Shown here in pieces: positions 29,394-39,485 of a stretch of DNA of 64,000 nucleotides (the first letter of the stretch is position 1; every line of letters begins with the position of its first letter). A model generated the notes under the pieces. That model ran no database searches, had not been told where the DNA came from, and saw only the letters and a program-made list of their open reading frames with translations. This DNA is from Alphaproteobacteria bacterium (lineage in GTDB: Bacteria > Pseudomonadota > Alphaproteobacteria > GCA-2731375). The DNA is taken from the NCBI GenBank assembly GCA_965232515.1, contig CBDDPY010000002.1, forward strand, positions 4,032,001-4,096,000, written 5' to 3'. Both the position numbers and the translations under genes were made by a program.

Positions 29394-30401
29394 TCAGGCC
29401 ATCTCCAGCACCACCTTGCCCAGCGCCCGGCGGGCGAGCACGGTCTGCATCGCCGCCTGGAAGTCCTCGAGGCTGAAGCGGTGCGAGACGAAGGGCCGGA
29501 GGTGGCCGGCGGTGTAGAGCTCGGCCAGCCGGTGCTGCAGCTCGGCGACCCGCGGCGCGTAGAGCTCGCGGTTGTCGCCCGGGCTCCAGCCCAGATAGGT
29601 CCCGTAGTTCAGTCCGATCACCGACAGGTTCTTGACCAGCAGCAGGTTCGCCGGGATCTCCGGAATGGTGCCGCCGGCATAGCCGATGGTCAGCAGCCGG
29701 CCCTCGCGGGCGAGGCAGCGGAGCGACGCCAGCGTCACGTCGCCGCCGACCGGATCGAAGACCACGTCGGCGCCGCGGTCCTGGGTCAGGAACTTGACCG
29801 TCGGGGCCAGGTCCTGGTTCGTATAGTTGACGGCGTGGTCGGCGCCGTGCGCGCGGGCGAGTTCCAGCTTCTCGCCCGTGCTGGCCGTGGCGATTACTTC
29901 CGCGCCCAGCGCCTTGCCGATCTCGACCGCGGCGAGGCCCACCGCGCCGGCGGCGCCGTGCACCAGCAGCGTTTCGCCCGCGGCCAGGTTCGCCTTCCAA
30001 ACCAACGCCGCATAGGACGTGGCGTAGGAAACCGGGAACGTTGTCGCCTCGGCGAAGCCCATGCCGTCCGGCATCGGGTGCACGCCGTCGGCGAGCGCCA
30101 CCGCCTCCTCGGCCTGGCCGCCCCAGTCGATGCTGGCGAGCACCCGGTCGCCGGGCTGCACGTGCGTCACGCCCGCCCCGGTCTCGGTCACCACGCCGGC
30201 GACCTCGGTGCCGGGCACGAAGGGCAGCGGGGGCTTGCGCTGGTAACGGCCGGTGACGATCAGGCTGGTGGCGAAGCTGACGCCCGCCGCGCGGGTGGCG
30301 ATGCGCACGCCGGTCTCGGGCAGCGCCGGCGGCGGCACCTCCTCCAGCTTCAGGTTCTCATACGGCCCGAACTCGCGGCACAGCACGGCGCGCATCGGCA
30401 T
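29394..30401 (-). CDS. NADPH:quinone oxidoreductase (MDR family)
   Basis: PPLPFVPGTEVAG, VHGAAGAVGLAAV, VFDPVGG, GKVVL. Confidence 0.9.
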   Translation of the reverse strand: MPMRAVLCREFGPYENLKLEEVPPPALPETGVRIATRAAGVSFATSLIVTGRYQRKPPLPFVPGTEVAGVVTETGAGVTHVQPGDRVLASIDWGGQAEEAVALADGVHPMPDGMGFAEATTFPVSYATSYAALVWKANLAAGETLLVHGAAGAVGLAAVEIGKALGAEVIATASTGEKLELARAHGADHAVNYTNQDLAPTVKFLTQDRGADVVFDPVGGDVTLASLRCLAREGRLLTIGYAGGTIPEIPANLLLVKNLSVIGLNYGTYLGWSPGDNRELYAPRVAELQHRLAELYTAGHLRPFVSHRFSLEDFQAAMQTVLARRALGKVVLEMA

Positions 30402-30466
30402 CCCTCCCTGTCACGACGCTGCTATGCTAACGCAATCCTCGCCCGCCCGGACCACCCGCCCGCCCG

Positions 30467-31732
30467 ATGACCGCCGACGCTCCAACCGACGACCGCGCCA
30501 GCCTGACCGGCTGGCTGATCTGGGGCGTCTGCGCCACGTTCTTCGCCTACGCCTTTTTCCACCGCGTGGCGCCGTCGGTGATGTTCGACCACCTGATGCG
30601 CGACTATGCCGTCGGCGCGGCCGTGCTGGGAAATCTCTCGGCCTGCTACTTCTACGCCTACTGCCTGGTGCAGATCCCGGTCGGCGCCATGCTGGACCGG
30701 GTCGGCCCACGCCTGCTGTTGACCGGCTCGGCGCTGGTGGCGGCGGGCGGCAGCCTGCTGTTCGGGCTCGCCGACCAGATCGAGCTGGCCTACGCGGCGC
30801 GGCTGTTGATTGGCGCCGGCACCGGGGTCGTGTTCCTCAGCACGCTGACGCTCGCCGGCATCTGGCTGCCGGCGCGCTATTTCGCCATGGTCACCGGCAT
30901 GACCCAGGCCGTCGCCATGCTGGGCGCGGTCGCGGGGCAAGCGCCGCTGGCGGCGTTCGTGGAGGCGACGGGCTGGCGTCAGGCCATGGTCTGGGCCGCG
31001 GGTGCCGGCCTGGTCATCGCGGTCGTCATCTGGTTCGTCGCCCGCGACCGCGCGAACCGCCGGCAAGAGCACGAGCACCGCGACCTCCGCCACGCCCTGG
31101 CCGAGGTGTTCGGCAACCGGCAGACCTGGCTCGCCGGTCTCTACAGCGCCGGCATGTCGGGGCCGATGCTGACCTTCGCCGTGCTCTGGGGCGTGCCGTA
31201 CCTGGTCCAGGTGCACGGCCTCGGCCGGACGGAAGCAGGCGCCAGCGCGTCGCTGATGCTAATTGGCTGGGCCGTGGCGGCGCCTGGCATTGGCTGGCTG
31301 TCGGACAGGCTCGGCCGGCGCAAGCCGATCATGCTGACGCTCACCGCCTTCGTGCTGGCGGCCTGGTGCGTCGTGCTCTGGCTGCCGGGCCTGCCCCTGC
31401 TCGGCCTGCAGGTGTTGCTGGTCCTGATCGGCGCCGCCAGCAGCGCCATGGCCTTGTCCTTCGCGGTCGGGCGCGAGCTGAACCCGCCGGCAAGCAGCGG
31501 CCTCGCCACGGGGTTCGTCAACTTCACCTCCATCGCCACGGCCGCCGCCATGCAGCCGCTGGTCGGCTGGCTCTTGGACCTGCGCTGGACCGGCGTGATG
31601 CTGGACGGCGCCCGGGTGTTCGACGCCGCGGCCTACGGCCAGGCCTTCCTGGTGTTCCCGGCGATCACGCTTCTGACCCTGATCGGCACGGCGTTTCTGC
31701 GCGAGACCTTCTGCCGCCAGGCCGTATCATAG
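30467..31732 (+). CDS. MFS transporter
   Basis: About 12 hydrophobic segments; GAMLDRVGPR and GWLSDRLGRRK loops. Confidence 0.9.
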   Translation: MTADAPTDDRASLTGWLIWGVCATFFAYAFFHRVAPSVMFDHLMRDYAVGAAVLGNLSACYFYAYCLVQIPVGAMLDRVGPRLLLTGSALVAAGGSLLFGLADQIELAYAARLLIGAGTGVVFLSTLTLAGIWLPARYFAMVTGMTQAVAMLGAVAGQAPLAAFVEATGWRQAMVWAAGAGLVIAVVIWFVARDRANRRQEHEHRDLRHALAEVFGNRQTWLAGLYSAGMSGPMLTFAVLWGVPYLVQVHGLGRTEAGASASLMLIGWAVAAPGIGWLSDRLGRRKPIMLTLTAFVLAAWCVVLWLPGLPLLGLQVLLVLIGAASSAMALSFAVGRELNPPASSGLATGFVNFTSIATAAAMQPLVGWLLDLRWTGVMLDGARVFDAAAYGQAFLVFPAITLLTLIGTAFLRETFCRQAVS

Positions 31733-31740
31733 GGCCCGCC

Positions 31741-32535
31741 ATGCCTTGGAATACCACGCCTGACGCGTTAGAGGCCGTGCCGCGGCCGCTCACCGCCATG
31801 GCCCGCGACCTCACCGACGGCGAAGCCATCGCGCCGCACAGTCATGGCCGGGCGCAGCTGGTCTACGCGTCCGCCGGCGTGATGACGGTGAACACATCGG
31901 ACGGCGCCTGGCTGGTGCCGCCGGAACGCGCGGTCTGGATGCCGGCCGGCGTCACGCACTGGATCGACTGTGCCGGCACCGTGCGCATGCGCACGCTCTA
32001 TATCGCGCCCGACGCGGCGCCCGCCCTGCCAGCGACCTGCCGCGTGGTCGGCGTCTCGGCCCTGCTGCGGCAGCTGATCCTCCGCGCCGTCGACATGCCG
32101 AGCCACTATGACGAGGCCGGGCCCGACGGCCGCCTGGTGGCGGTGATCCTGGACGAGCTCGCCGACCTGCCGACCGCGCCATTGCACCTGGCCATGCCGC
32201 GCGATCCGCGCCTGCGGCGCGTCGCCGAGCATCTGCTGGCCGATCCCGGCAGCCGCGAAAGCGCTGCCGCGCTCGCCGAAATCGGCGGCGTCAGCGAGCG
32301 CACCATGGCCCGCCTCTTCAAGCAGGAAACCGGCCTCGGCCTCGCCGCTTGGCGCCAGCAGGCGCGCCTGATGAAGGCCGTGGCCTGGCTCGGCGCCGGC
32401 CGCCGGGTGACCGACTGCGCCCTCGACCTGGGCTACGAGTCGACCAGCGCCTTCATCGCCATGTTCCGCCGGGCCCTGGGCGTTACGCCCGGCCAATATT
32501 TCCAGGACAGCGATACCCGCTTAACCGAATCGTAA
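31741..32535 (+). CDS. AraC-family regulator with cupin sensor domain
   Basis: HSH..AQLVY, WLVPPERAVW, SERTMARLF, LGYESTSAFIAMFRR. Confidence 0.9.
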   Translation: MPWNTTPDALEAVPRPLTAMARDLTDGEAIAPHSHGRAQLVYASAGVMTVNTSDGAWLVPPERAVWMPAGVTHWIDCAGTVRMRTLYIAPDAAPALPATCRVVGVSALLRQLILRAVDMPSHYDEAGPDGRLVAVILDELADLPTAPLHLAMPRDPRLRRVAEHLLADPGSRESAAALAEIGGVSERTMARLFKQETGLGLAAWRQQARLMKAVAWLGAGRRVTDCALDLGYESTSAFIAMFRRALGVTPGQYFQDSDTRLTES

Positions 32536-32619
32536 GCGCGGACGCGTTAACCAAGAGGGTCAACAACGGATCCGGGCGTACGGGATCGGCGCGCCGTCCG
32601 TTGGCCAGCAGAGGCGGCA

Positions 32620-33855
32620 ATGCGGATCAGGTCGACGTCGGAGCCGGAACAGCGTGCGAACCAGCACATCCTGCTGCTGGACGTGGTCGAGCGTCTGCGC
32701 AAGCGCGCCGACGGCCGCCGCGCCATTCACCTGCACCTGTCGGCGCTGCAGGCCCATAACCGCCGCGAGCACCATCTGCGCATCGCCGCCAACAGCTTCG
32801 ATGCCCTGATCAAGCGCCGCGACGGCCAGTCATTCCGCCTGCCGGACGGCGATATCGTGGTGATCGTCGCCAACGCCACGGTGGCCGAGATCGACGACGT
32901 GGTGCTGCGGCTGCGTTATCTGTTCAGCGACGATCCGCTGGTGCATTCGGACGCCGACGCCGAAGGCGCGCGTTTCTGTACCTGGTACGACCTTGAAAAG
33001 GACTACGCCGCCTTCCTGAGCCTGGCGCAAGCCATCTACAGGCGGCAATCGGCGCAACGCACGGCCGGGCCGGACGACGCCAAGGCCGACGATCCGGAAC
33101 ACGACAACGAGGCCGTCGAGCCGATGGATCCCGAACGCCTGAACCGCTTGGAGACCGCGCTCAGGGGCTCGGATCTGAGCGCCCTGCTACGCCGACAGCC
33201 CGTCTGCATCCTGGTCGGCGGCAGCCAGCCGAAACCGATCTATAACGAAATCTACGTGTCGATCCACGACCTGCGCCGCCGGGTCATGCCGCAGGTCAAC
33301 ATCGCGTCCGACCGCTGGCTGTTTCAGCGCCTGACCCGACTGCTGGACCGGCGACTGATTAGCGTGCTGCCGGAAATGGAGTCGGAAGCCAACCTGACCA
33401 CCGGCATGAACCTCAACGTCTCGACCCTGCTGTCGGACGAGTTCCTGACTTTCGACAAGGCGCTCAGGCAGCGGCACAGCAAGCCATTGATCCTGGAGCT
33501 GCAGGTGATCGACGTGTTCGCCGACATGGGCGCCTACATGTTCGCCCGCGACTTCGCGCGGCAGCGCGGCTACCGGATCTGCATCGACGGCTTGTCGCAC
33601 CTGACCTTCCCGCAGTTGCGGCGGGACGAGCTGGGCGTCGACATGGAGAAGATCTACTGGCACCCGACCATTGTCGAGGATGTCGACACCGGTCCCAGCA
33701 AACGCTTCCGCGAGGCCGTCCAGCGCGCCGGGCCGGCCCGGGTCGTGCTCTGCCGCTGCGACGATCAGACGGCCGTCGACTTCGGCCAGGCCCAGGGCAT
33801 CACCCTGTTCCAGGGCCGCCACATCGATCAAATGATCGCCCAGGGCACGGCCTGA
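32620..33855 (+). CDS. Degenerate EAL-domain protein
   Basis: RRQPV, NLNVSTL, ILEL, ICIDG, LFQG; no ExL or DDFG motif. Confidence 0.7.
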   Translation: MRIRSTSEPEQRANQHILLLDVVERLRKRADGRRAIHLHLSALQAHNRREHHLRIAANSFDALIKRRDGQSFRLPDGDIVVIVANATVAEIDDVVLRLRYLFSDDPLVHSDADAEGARFCTWYDLEKDYAAFLSLAQAIYRRQSAQRTAGPDDAKADDPEHDNEAVEPMDPERLNRLETALRGSDLSALLRRQPVCILVGGSQPKPIYNEIYVSIHDLRRRVMPQVNIASDRWLFQRLTRLLDRRLISVLPEMESEANLTTGMNLNVSTLLSDEFLTFDKALRQRHSKPLILELQVIDVFADMGAYMFARDFARQRGYRICIDGLSHLTFPQLRRDELGVDMEKIYWHPTIVEDVDTGPSKRFREAVQRAGPARVVLCRCDDQTAVDFGQAQGITLFQGRHIDQMIAQGTA

Positions 33856-33879
33856 GCGGAAGAGCCTCAAGCTGCCCGT

Positions 33880-34443
33880 CTATTCGCGCGGCGAGCGCTT
33901 GGCCAGGATGCGCTGCAGCGTGCGGCGGTGCATGTTGAGGCGACGGGCGGTTTCTGAGACGTTGCGGTCGCAGAGCTCGTAAATCCGCTGAATATGCTCC
34001 CAACGCACCCGGTCGGCCGACATCGGGCGTTCCGGCGGCGGCGGCTTGTCCTTGCCGTCGGCCAGCAGCGCCGCCTCGATGGCGTCCGCGTCGGCCGGCT
34101 TGGAGAGATAATCGACGGCGCCCAGCTTGACCGCCGCCACGGCCGTGGCGATGTTGCCATAGCCGGTCAGCACGACGATCCGCGCATCCTCGCGCCGGGC
34201 CCGCAGCGCTTCCACCACGTCCAGCCCATTGCCGTCGAGCAGCCGCAGATCGACCACGGCAAAGGCCGGCGCCCGGGCAATCGCCTGGGCCACGCCATCG
34301 GCCACGCCGGCCGCCGGGATCACGTCGAATCCGCGACGCGCCATCGCCCGGGCCAACCGGTTCAGCCACAGTTCGTCGTCATCGACCAACAGAAGTGAGC
34401 GATCGACGGCGTTATCCACGCTCTGCGTCATTGTCATTTCCAT
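33880..34443 (-). CDS. regA: RegA/PrrA/ActR response regulator
   Basis: LTGYGNIATAVAAVKLGA, PMSADRVRWEHIQRIYELCDRNVSETARRLNMHRRTLQRILAKRSPR. Confidence 0.95.
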   Translation of the reverse strand: MEMTMTQSVDNAVDRSLLLVDDDELWLNRLARAMARRGFDVIPAAGVADGVAQAIARAPAFAVVDLRLLDGNGLDVVEALRARREDARIVVLTGYGNIATAVAAVKLGAVDYLSKPADADAIEAALLADGKDKPPPPERPMSADRVRWEHIQRIYELCDRNVSETARRLNMHRRTLQRILAKRSPRE

Positions 34444-34458
34444 CCCCAACGGCAACGG

Positions 34459-35781
34459 TTATTCCTGCTCCTCGATCGCGGCGCGCGGCCAGTCGATCGA
34501 GACCGTTGCGCCCCGCCCCCGGCGCAAATTGGCGAACCGCAGCCCGGCTCCGGTACGTTCCAGCAGGGTCTTGGAGATGAAAACGCCCAAACCCATGCCA
34601 CCGCTGTCGGGCCGCGTGGTTATGTATGGGTCTCCAATAGCCGATAAGACATCCGCTGCAAAGCCCGGTCCGTCGTCAACGATCTCGACCCCGACGCGGA
34701 CGTCGTCCCAATCCACCAGGATGCGCACCTCGGCGCGGGCGAAATCGACGGCATTGACGATCAGGTTGCCGAGGCCTTGAAGCAACTCCGGCGTTCGCCG
34801 CACCACCGGCGGCGGACCGGCGCCGTTGCTCTCCAGCACGACCTCAATGCCATCGCGGCCATGCGCCTCCGCCTCGGCTGAAATCAGGGCCGGCAAGGTT
34901 ATATGGCGCAGGACTTGCGACGCCTCGTCCCGCGGTCCCCGGGCCAACCGGGCCAGAATGTCGCTGCAGCGCTCGACCTGACTGTTCAGCAGGCGGATAT
35001 CGTCCGCCAGCTCGCTGTCCGTCGGCAGGTCGCGGGACAGTTCCTTCGACACCAGCGCGATGGTGCCGAGCGGCGTGCCGAGCTCGTGCGCCGCCGCCGC
35101 GGCCAGGCCGTCGAGCGACGACAACTCCTGCTCGCGCGCGAGCGCAAGCTGGGTTTCGGCAAGCGCGTCGGACATCCGCCGCGCCTCGGCGGCCACACGC
35201 CAGGCATAGAACATCAGAAAGGTCATGCCGAGCGTGATCGCCATCCAGGTGCCGAGCATGTAGACGGGCGGCAAATCCAACCCATCGCCGGGCCAGGGCA
35301 AGGGCAGATGCAGCGGCAGCAGCAGGCTCATGCAGATGAAGGTGAACAGGCCCAGGCCGATCGTGCTGCCGAGGCTGAGAATCGTCGCCGACACCGTCAC
35401 CGGCACCAGGAATAAGAGCGCGAAGGGATTCTTCAAGCCGCCGGTGAGGTAGAGCATCAGCGCCAGTTGCAGGATGTCGTAGGCCAGGTAGAAGGCGGCC
35501 TCGCGGTCGCTATGCCAGCCCTGCAGCCGGCCGCGTAGGCCAAGCCACAGGTTCAAAGCCGCCGAGCAGGCGACGACCGACATCGCCGGCGCCATCGGCA
35601 CTTGGGCGCCCATGCCCTCCGATACGACGAGAAGCGCCGAAATCTGGCCGAACACGGCGAGCCAGCGGGTGAATACCAGCGTCCGGACCCGCACCCGCGC
35701 ACGCTGCGTCGGACCAACGCGCTGGGGTGCGGCCTTGCTATCGAAGAATGTCACCATTTGGACCGCCGCATCATAATTCAT
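34459..35781 (-). CDS. regB: RegB/PrrB/ActS redox sensor kinase
   Basis: TGGLKNPF, AAAAHELGTPL, RCSDIL, GMGLGVFISKTLLER; start uncertain. Confidence 0.93.
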   Translation of the reverse strand: MNYDAAVQMVTFFDSKAAPQRVGPTQRARVRVRTLVFTRWLAVFGQISALLVVSEGMGAQVPMAPAMSVVACSAALNLWLGLRGRLQGWHSDREAAFYLAYDILQLALMLYLTGGLKNPFALLFLVPVTVSATILSLGSTIGLGLFTFICMSLLLPLHLPLPWPGDGLDLPPVYMLGTWMAITLGMTFLMFYAWRVAAEARRMSDALAETQLALAREQELSSLDGLAAAAAHELGTPLGTIALVSKELSRDLPTDSELADDIRLLNSQVERCSDILARLARGPRDEASQVLRHITLPALISAEAEAHGRDGIEVVLESNGAGPPPVVRRTPELLQGLGNLIVNAVDFARAEVRILVDWDDVRVGVEIVDDGPGFAADVLSAIGDPYITTRPDSGGMGLGVFISKTLLERTGAGLRFANLRRGRGATVSIDWPRAAIEEQE

Positions 35782-35840
35782 GCCGCCCTTGTCGGTGCCT
35801 TTCGCTGGCGTTCGTGCGACTTCCGAACCATATTGCCGAC

Positions 35841-36599
35841 ATGCCCGAAAACGCTATCGAAGTCGAGGGGCTGCGGAAGCAGTTCGATCAGGTGGTCGCG
35901 GTCGACGACATCAGCTTCGCCGTGCCGTCGGGCGGATTCGTCGCGCTGCTGGGCGGCAATGGAGCGGGCAAGACGACGACGATCGGCATGCTGCTGGGGC
36001 TGATCCTGCCGACATCAGGCAGCATCACCGTGCTGGGCGCGGATATGCTGCGCCACCGTTATCAGGTGCTGCCGCGGATGAATTTTTCGTCGCCCTATGT
36101 CGACCTGCCGCACCGGCTGACGGTGGCGGAGAACCTGGGCGTCTACGCGCATCTCTACGGCGTCCGGAACGTCAAGGCGCGCATCGCCGAACTGGCCCGC
36201 GACCTCGATCTCGAGAGCTTCGTGAAGCGCTCGACGGGCAGCCTGTCGGCAGGCCAGCGCACGCGCGTGGCGCTGGCCAAGGCCATGGTCAACGAGCCCG
36301 ATCTGCTGTTGCTGGACGAGCCGACGGCGTCGCTCGATCCGGACACCGCCGACTGGGTCCGGCGCTATTTGCGGGACTATCAGGCCCGGACCGGCGCCAG
36401 CGTTCTGCTGGCATCGCACAACATGACCGAGGTCGAGCGCCTGTGCGACGACGTGCAGATGCTGCGCCAGGGCCGGATCGTCGATCAGGGATCGCCCGCC
36501 GACTTGATCGCCCGCTACGGCCGCGACAATCTGGAGGAGGTGTTCCTGGACATCGCGCGCGGCGAGGGCCGGGCCAGCCACGAGGCGGCGGCGGAATGA
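35841..36599 (+). CDS. ABC-2 exporter ATP-binding protein
   Basis: GGNGAGKTT, LSAGQ, LLLDEP, SH. Confidence 0.92.
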   Translation: MPENAIEVEGLRKQFDQVVAVDDISFAVPSGGFVALLGGNGAGKTTTIGMLLGLILPTSGSITVLGADMLRHRYQVLPRMNFSSPYVDLPHRLTVAENLGVYAHLYGVRNVKARIAELARDLDLESFVKRSTGSLSAGQRTRVALAKAMVNEPDLLLLDEPTASLDPDTADWVRRYLRDYQARTGASVLLASHNMTEVERLCDDVQMLRQGRIVDQGSPADLIARYGRDNLEEVFLDIARGEGRASHEAAAE

Positions 36600-37420
36600 C
36601 CGCGGCGCAGGAACTGCCGAACCCGTTCTTCTCGCCGCGCCGGGTCGGCAGCATGGCCTTGCGCTATCTCTACCTGCTGCGCGGCTCCTGGCCGCGCATC
36701 CTGGAGCTCGCCTACTGGCCGACGGTGCAGATGGTCCTTTGGGGTTTCATCACCCAGTTTCTGGCGGCGAATTCATCTTATATCGCGCAGGCCTTCGGCA
36801 TCCTGCTGTCGGGCGTGCTGTTGTGGGATGTGCTGTTCCGCGGCCAGCTGGGCGTCACCATCTCGTTCCTTGAAGAGCTGTGGTCGCGCAACCTCGGCCA
36901 CCTGTTCGTCAGCCCATTGCGACCGCTCGAGATGGTCTGCGCCATGCTGTTCATGAGCCTGGTGCGCACGCTGATCGGCTTCGTGCCGGCCTCGCTGCTG
37001 GCAGTCATGTTTTTCGACTATTCGATGTACGGCATGGGCCTGCCGCTGGTCGGTTTCTTCTTCACCGTCATCATCACCGGCTGGGCCGTCGGCCTGGCGA
37101 TCGCCGGTATTTTGCTGCGCCAGGGTCTGGGCGCCGAGAGCCTCGCTTGGCTGGTGGTCTTCGCCATCGCCCCGATCAGCGGCATCTACTATCCCATTTC
37201 GGTGCTGCCCGACGCGCTGCAGGTGCTGGCCTGGTGCCTGCCGTCGGCATACGCCTTCGAGGGCATGCGCGCGGTTCTGGTCGACGGCGTTTTCCGGGCC
37301 GACCTGATGTGGATGGGCCTCGGCCTCAACCTCATCTACCTGGCCGTGGGCACAGCCGTCTTCATGATCTGCTTCCGCCTCGCGCGGCTGCGCGGCCAGC
37401 TGTTGCAAATGGGCGAGTAA
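36596..37420 (+). CDS. ABC-2 exporter permease
   Basis: Six hydrophobic segments, YYPISVLP, FEGMR; ATGA overlap with the ATPase. Confidence 0.88.
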   Translation: MTAAQELPNPFFSPRRVGSMALRYLYLLRGSWPRILELAYWPTVQMVLWGFITQFLAANSSYIAQAFGILLSGVLLWDVLFRGQLGVTISFLEELWSRNLGHLFVSPLRPLEMVCAMLFMSLVRTLIGFVPASLLAVMFFDYSMYGMGLPLVGFFFTVIITGWAVGLAIAGILLRQGLGAESLAWLVVFAIAPISGIYYPISVLPDALQVLAWCLPSAYAFEGMRAVLVDGVFRADLMWMGLGLNLIYLAVGTAVFMICFRLARLRGQLLQMGE

Positions 37421-37474
37421 CGGCCGGCGAGCCGGCGCTTGTGGCCGCGGTGCCGGCGATAGTATGAAAGCGGC

Positions 37475-38506
37475 ATGACATCCGCGACATACCAGCCCAG
37501 CTTCGAGATCGGCGGCCGGCCGGTCGGAGGTGGCGCGCCGGTTCTGTTCATCGCCGAGGCCGGCGTCGCGCATTTCGGCGACATGGACATGGCCATGCAA
37601 CTGGTCGATCTGGCGGCCGACGCCGGGGCCGACGTGTTCAAGACGCAGTTCTTCGACGTCGAGGCCATGATCAGTTCGGAGATGCCTGAATGGCGTGACC
37701 GGTTGCGGCCGCGCAACCTGTCGCTGGACGAGTTCCGCGTGCTGAAGCAGCGCTGCGATGCGCGCGGCCTGTTGTTCATGTCGACGACGCACGACGCGAC
37801 CCGTATCGAATGGCTGGCCGATCTCGACGTGCCGGCCGTGAAGGTCGGTTCGGGCGAACGCAACAATCCGGGCTTTCTGAAACAGCTGGCCGAGCTGGGC
37901 CGGCCGATGATCGTTTCGACCGGCATGTACCGTGAGGCCGACGTGCAGGAGGCGCTGGAGGCCTGCCAGGCCGGCGGCTGCGACCGGGTGGCGCTGCTGC
38001 ACTGCGTAACCAGCTATCCGACGCCGGCGGCGGACGTGAACCTGCAGGCCATGGACCGGCTGGCCGAGATGTTCGACGGGCCGGTCGGCTATTCCGACCA
38101 TACCGAGGACCATCTGGCGGTGCTGGCGGCTGTCGCCCGCGGCGCCGAGATCATTGAAAAGCACATCACCATCCTGCGCGACGTACCGAACGCGCAGGAC
38201 TGGAAGGTGTCGGCCGGGCCCGAGGATCTGGCGCGGCTGGTGGCCGACATCCGGCGGGTCGAGCAGCTGCTGGGCCACGGCCGCAAGGAACCGGCGCCGT
38301 CCGAGGCCGAGGGACAGAAATGGGCGCTGAAGTCGGTGGTGGCAGTCCGGGATCTCGCCGCCGGCGAGACGTTGTCGGCCGGCGACCTGACGACCAAGCG
38401 GCCCGGCACCGGCATTCCGGCGAACGAGTTGGAGAACGTCATCGGCCGGACATTGGCGCGCGCCGTCGCCGCGGACACGGCGTTACAGGCGAGCGATTTG
38501 CAGTGA
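37475..38506 (+). CDS. NeuB-family nonulosonate synthase with SAF domain (copy 1)
   Basis: IAEAGVAH, KVGSGE, LLHCVTSYP, GYSDHT, IEKHIT, KRPGTGI. Confidence 0.92.
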   Translation: MTSATYQPSFEIGGRPVGGGAPVLFIAEAGVAHFGDMDMAMQLVDLAADAGADVFKTQFFDVEAMISSEMPEWRDRLRPRNLSLDEFRVLKQRCDARGLLFMSTTHDATRIEWLADLDVPAVKVGSGERNNPGFLKQLAELGRPMIVSTGMYREADVQEALEACQAGGCDRVALLHCVTSYPTPAADVNLQAMDRLAEMFDGPVGYSDHTEDHLAVLAAVARGAEIIEKHITILRDVPNAQDWKVSAGPEDLARLVADIRRVEQLLGHGRKEPAPSEAEGQKWALKSVVAVRDLAAGETLSAGDLTTKRPGTGIPANELENVIGRTLARAVAADTALQASDLQ

Positions 38507-39480
38507 CCGGAACGGCGAAGCCGCGCCTGCTCTACTACCGCATGATGAACTACATGTCGGAAAACAGGCGGCTGCTGGACGCGCATTTCGATGTCGTCGA
38601 GCTGGAGACGCCGGCGGACGACAACGATGACGTGCTGGAGACGCTGGACGCCTGCTGCGCGCCGCTGGGCTATGACGTCGATGTGGGCAAGCTGAACCGC
38701 TGTCCGAACCTGAAGGCCGTGATCACCAACACGACCGGCGTGCCGCATATCGACATGGACGCGGCCGCCGCGCGCGGCGTGCAGGTGTTCTCGCTGAAGG
38801 ACGAGCAGGAATTTCTGGCGACGATCACGCCGACCGCCGAGCATGCCTGGGGTTTGCTGCTGGCCCTGGCCCGACGCACGCCGTGGGCGCATCGGACGGT
38901 GCTGAACGGCGCCTGGAACCGCTACGAATTCGGCGCCGCGCCGCGCATGTTGTCGCGCATGACGCTGGGCATCGTCGGCTACGGCCGGCTGGGGCGGCGG
39001 GTCGCGCAATACGGCCGGACGTTCGGCATGCCGGTGCGCTATGCCGACCCGTTCGTCGATCTGGATGATGGTGTGGCTCAGAAGGCCGAAACGCTGACGG
39101 CGCTCGCCGAATGGGCCGACGTGCTGAGCCTGCACGTGCCGGCGACGCCGGAAACCCGGCATTTGATCGATGCCGGGCTGTTGGCCGGCGTGAAGCCCGG
39201 CGCCTACCTGATCAACACGGCGCGGGCCGAGTTGATCGACGAGGCGGCGTTGCTGGAGGGGTTGCGCGCGGGCCGGATCGGCGGCTATGCCAGCGACGTG
39301 CTGGAGGGCGAATTCACGCCGGGCTTCAAGGCCGCGGACCACCCGCTGGTGCGCTACGCGGCGGAACACGAGAATGTGCTGCTGACGCCGCATATCGGCG
39401 GCTCGACGCTGGATGCCTGGCGCGAAACCCAGGCCCGCGTGATCGACATGGCGATCGCGTACTTCGCGGACCAGGCCTGA
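38503..39480 (+). CDS. D-isomer 2-hydroxyacid dehydrogenase family (copy 1)
   Basis: TTGVPHID, GYGRLG, INTAR, TPHIGG. Confidence 0.88.
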   Translation: MTGTAKPRLLYYRMMNYMSENRRLLDAHFDVVELETPADDNDDVLETLDACCAPLGYDVDVGKLNRCPNLKAVITNTTGVPHIDMDAAAARGVQVFSLKDEQEFLATITPTAEHAWGLLLALARRTPWAHRTVLNGAWNRYEFGAAPRMLSRMTLGIVGYGRLGRRVAQYGRTFGMPVRYADPFVDLDDGVAQKAETLTALAEWADVLSLHVPATPETRHLIDAGLLAGVKPGAYLINTARAELIDEAALLEGLRAGRIGGYASDVLEGEFTPGFKAADHPLVRYAAEHENVLLTPHIGGSTLDAWRETQARVIDMAIAYFADQA

Positions 39481-39485
39481 CGGCC

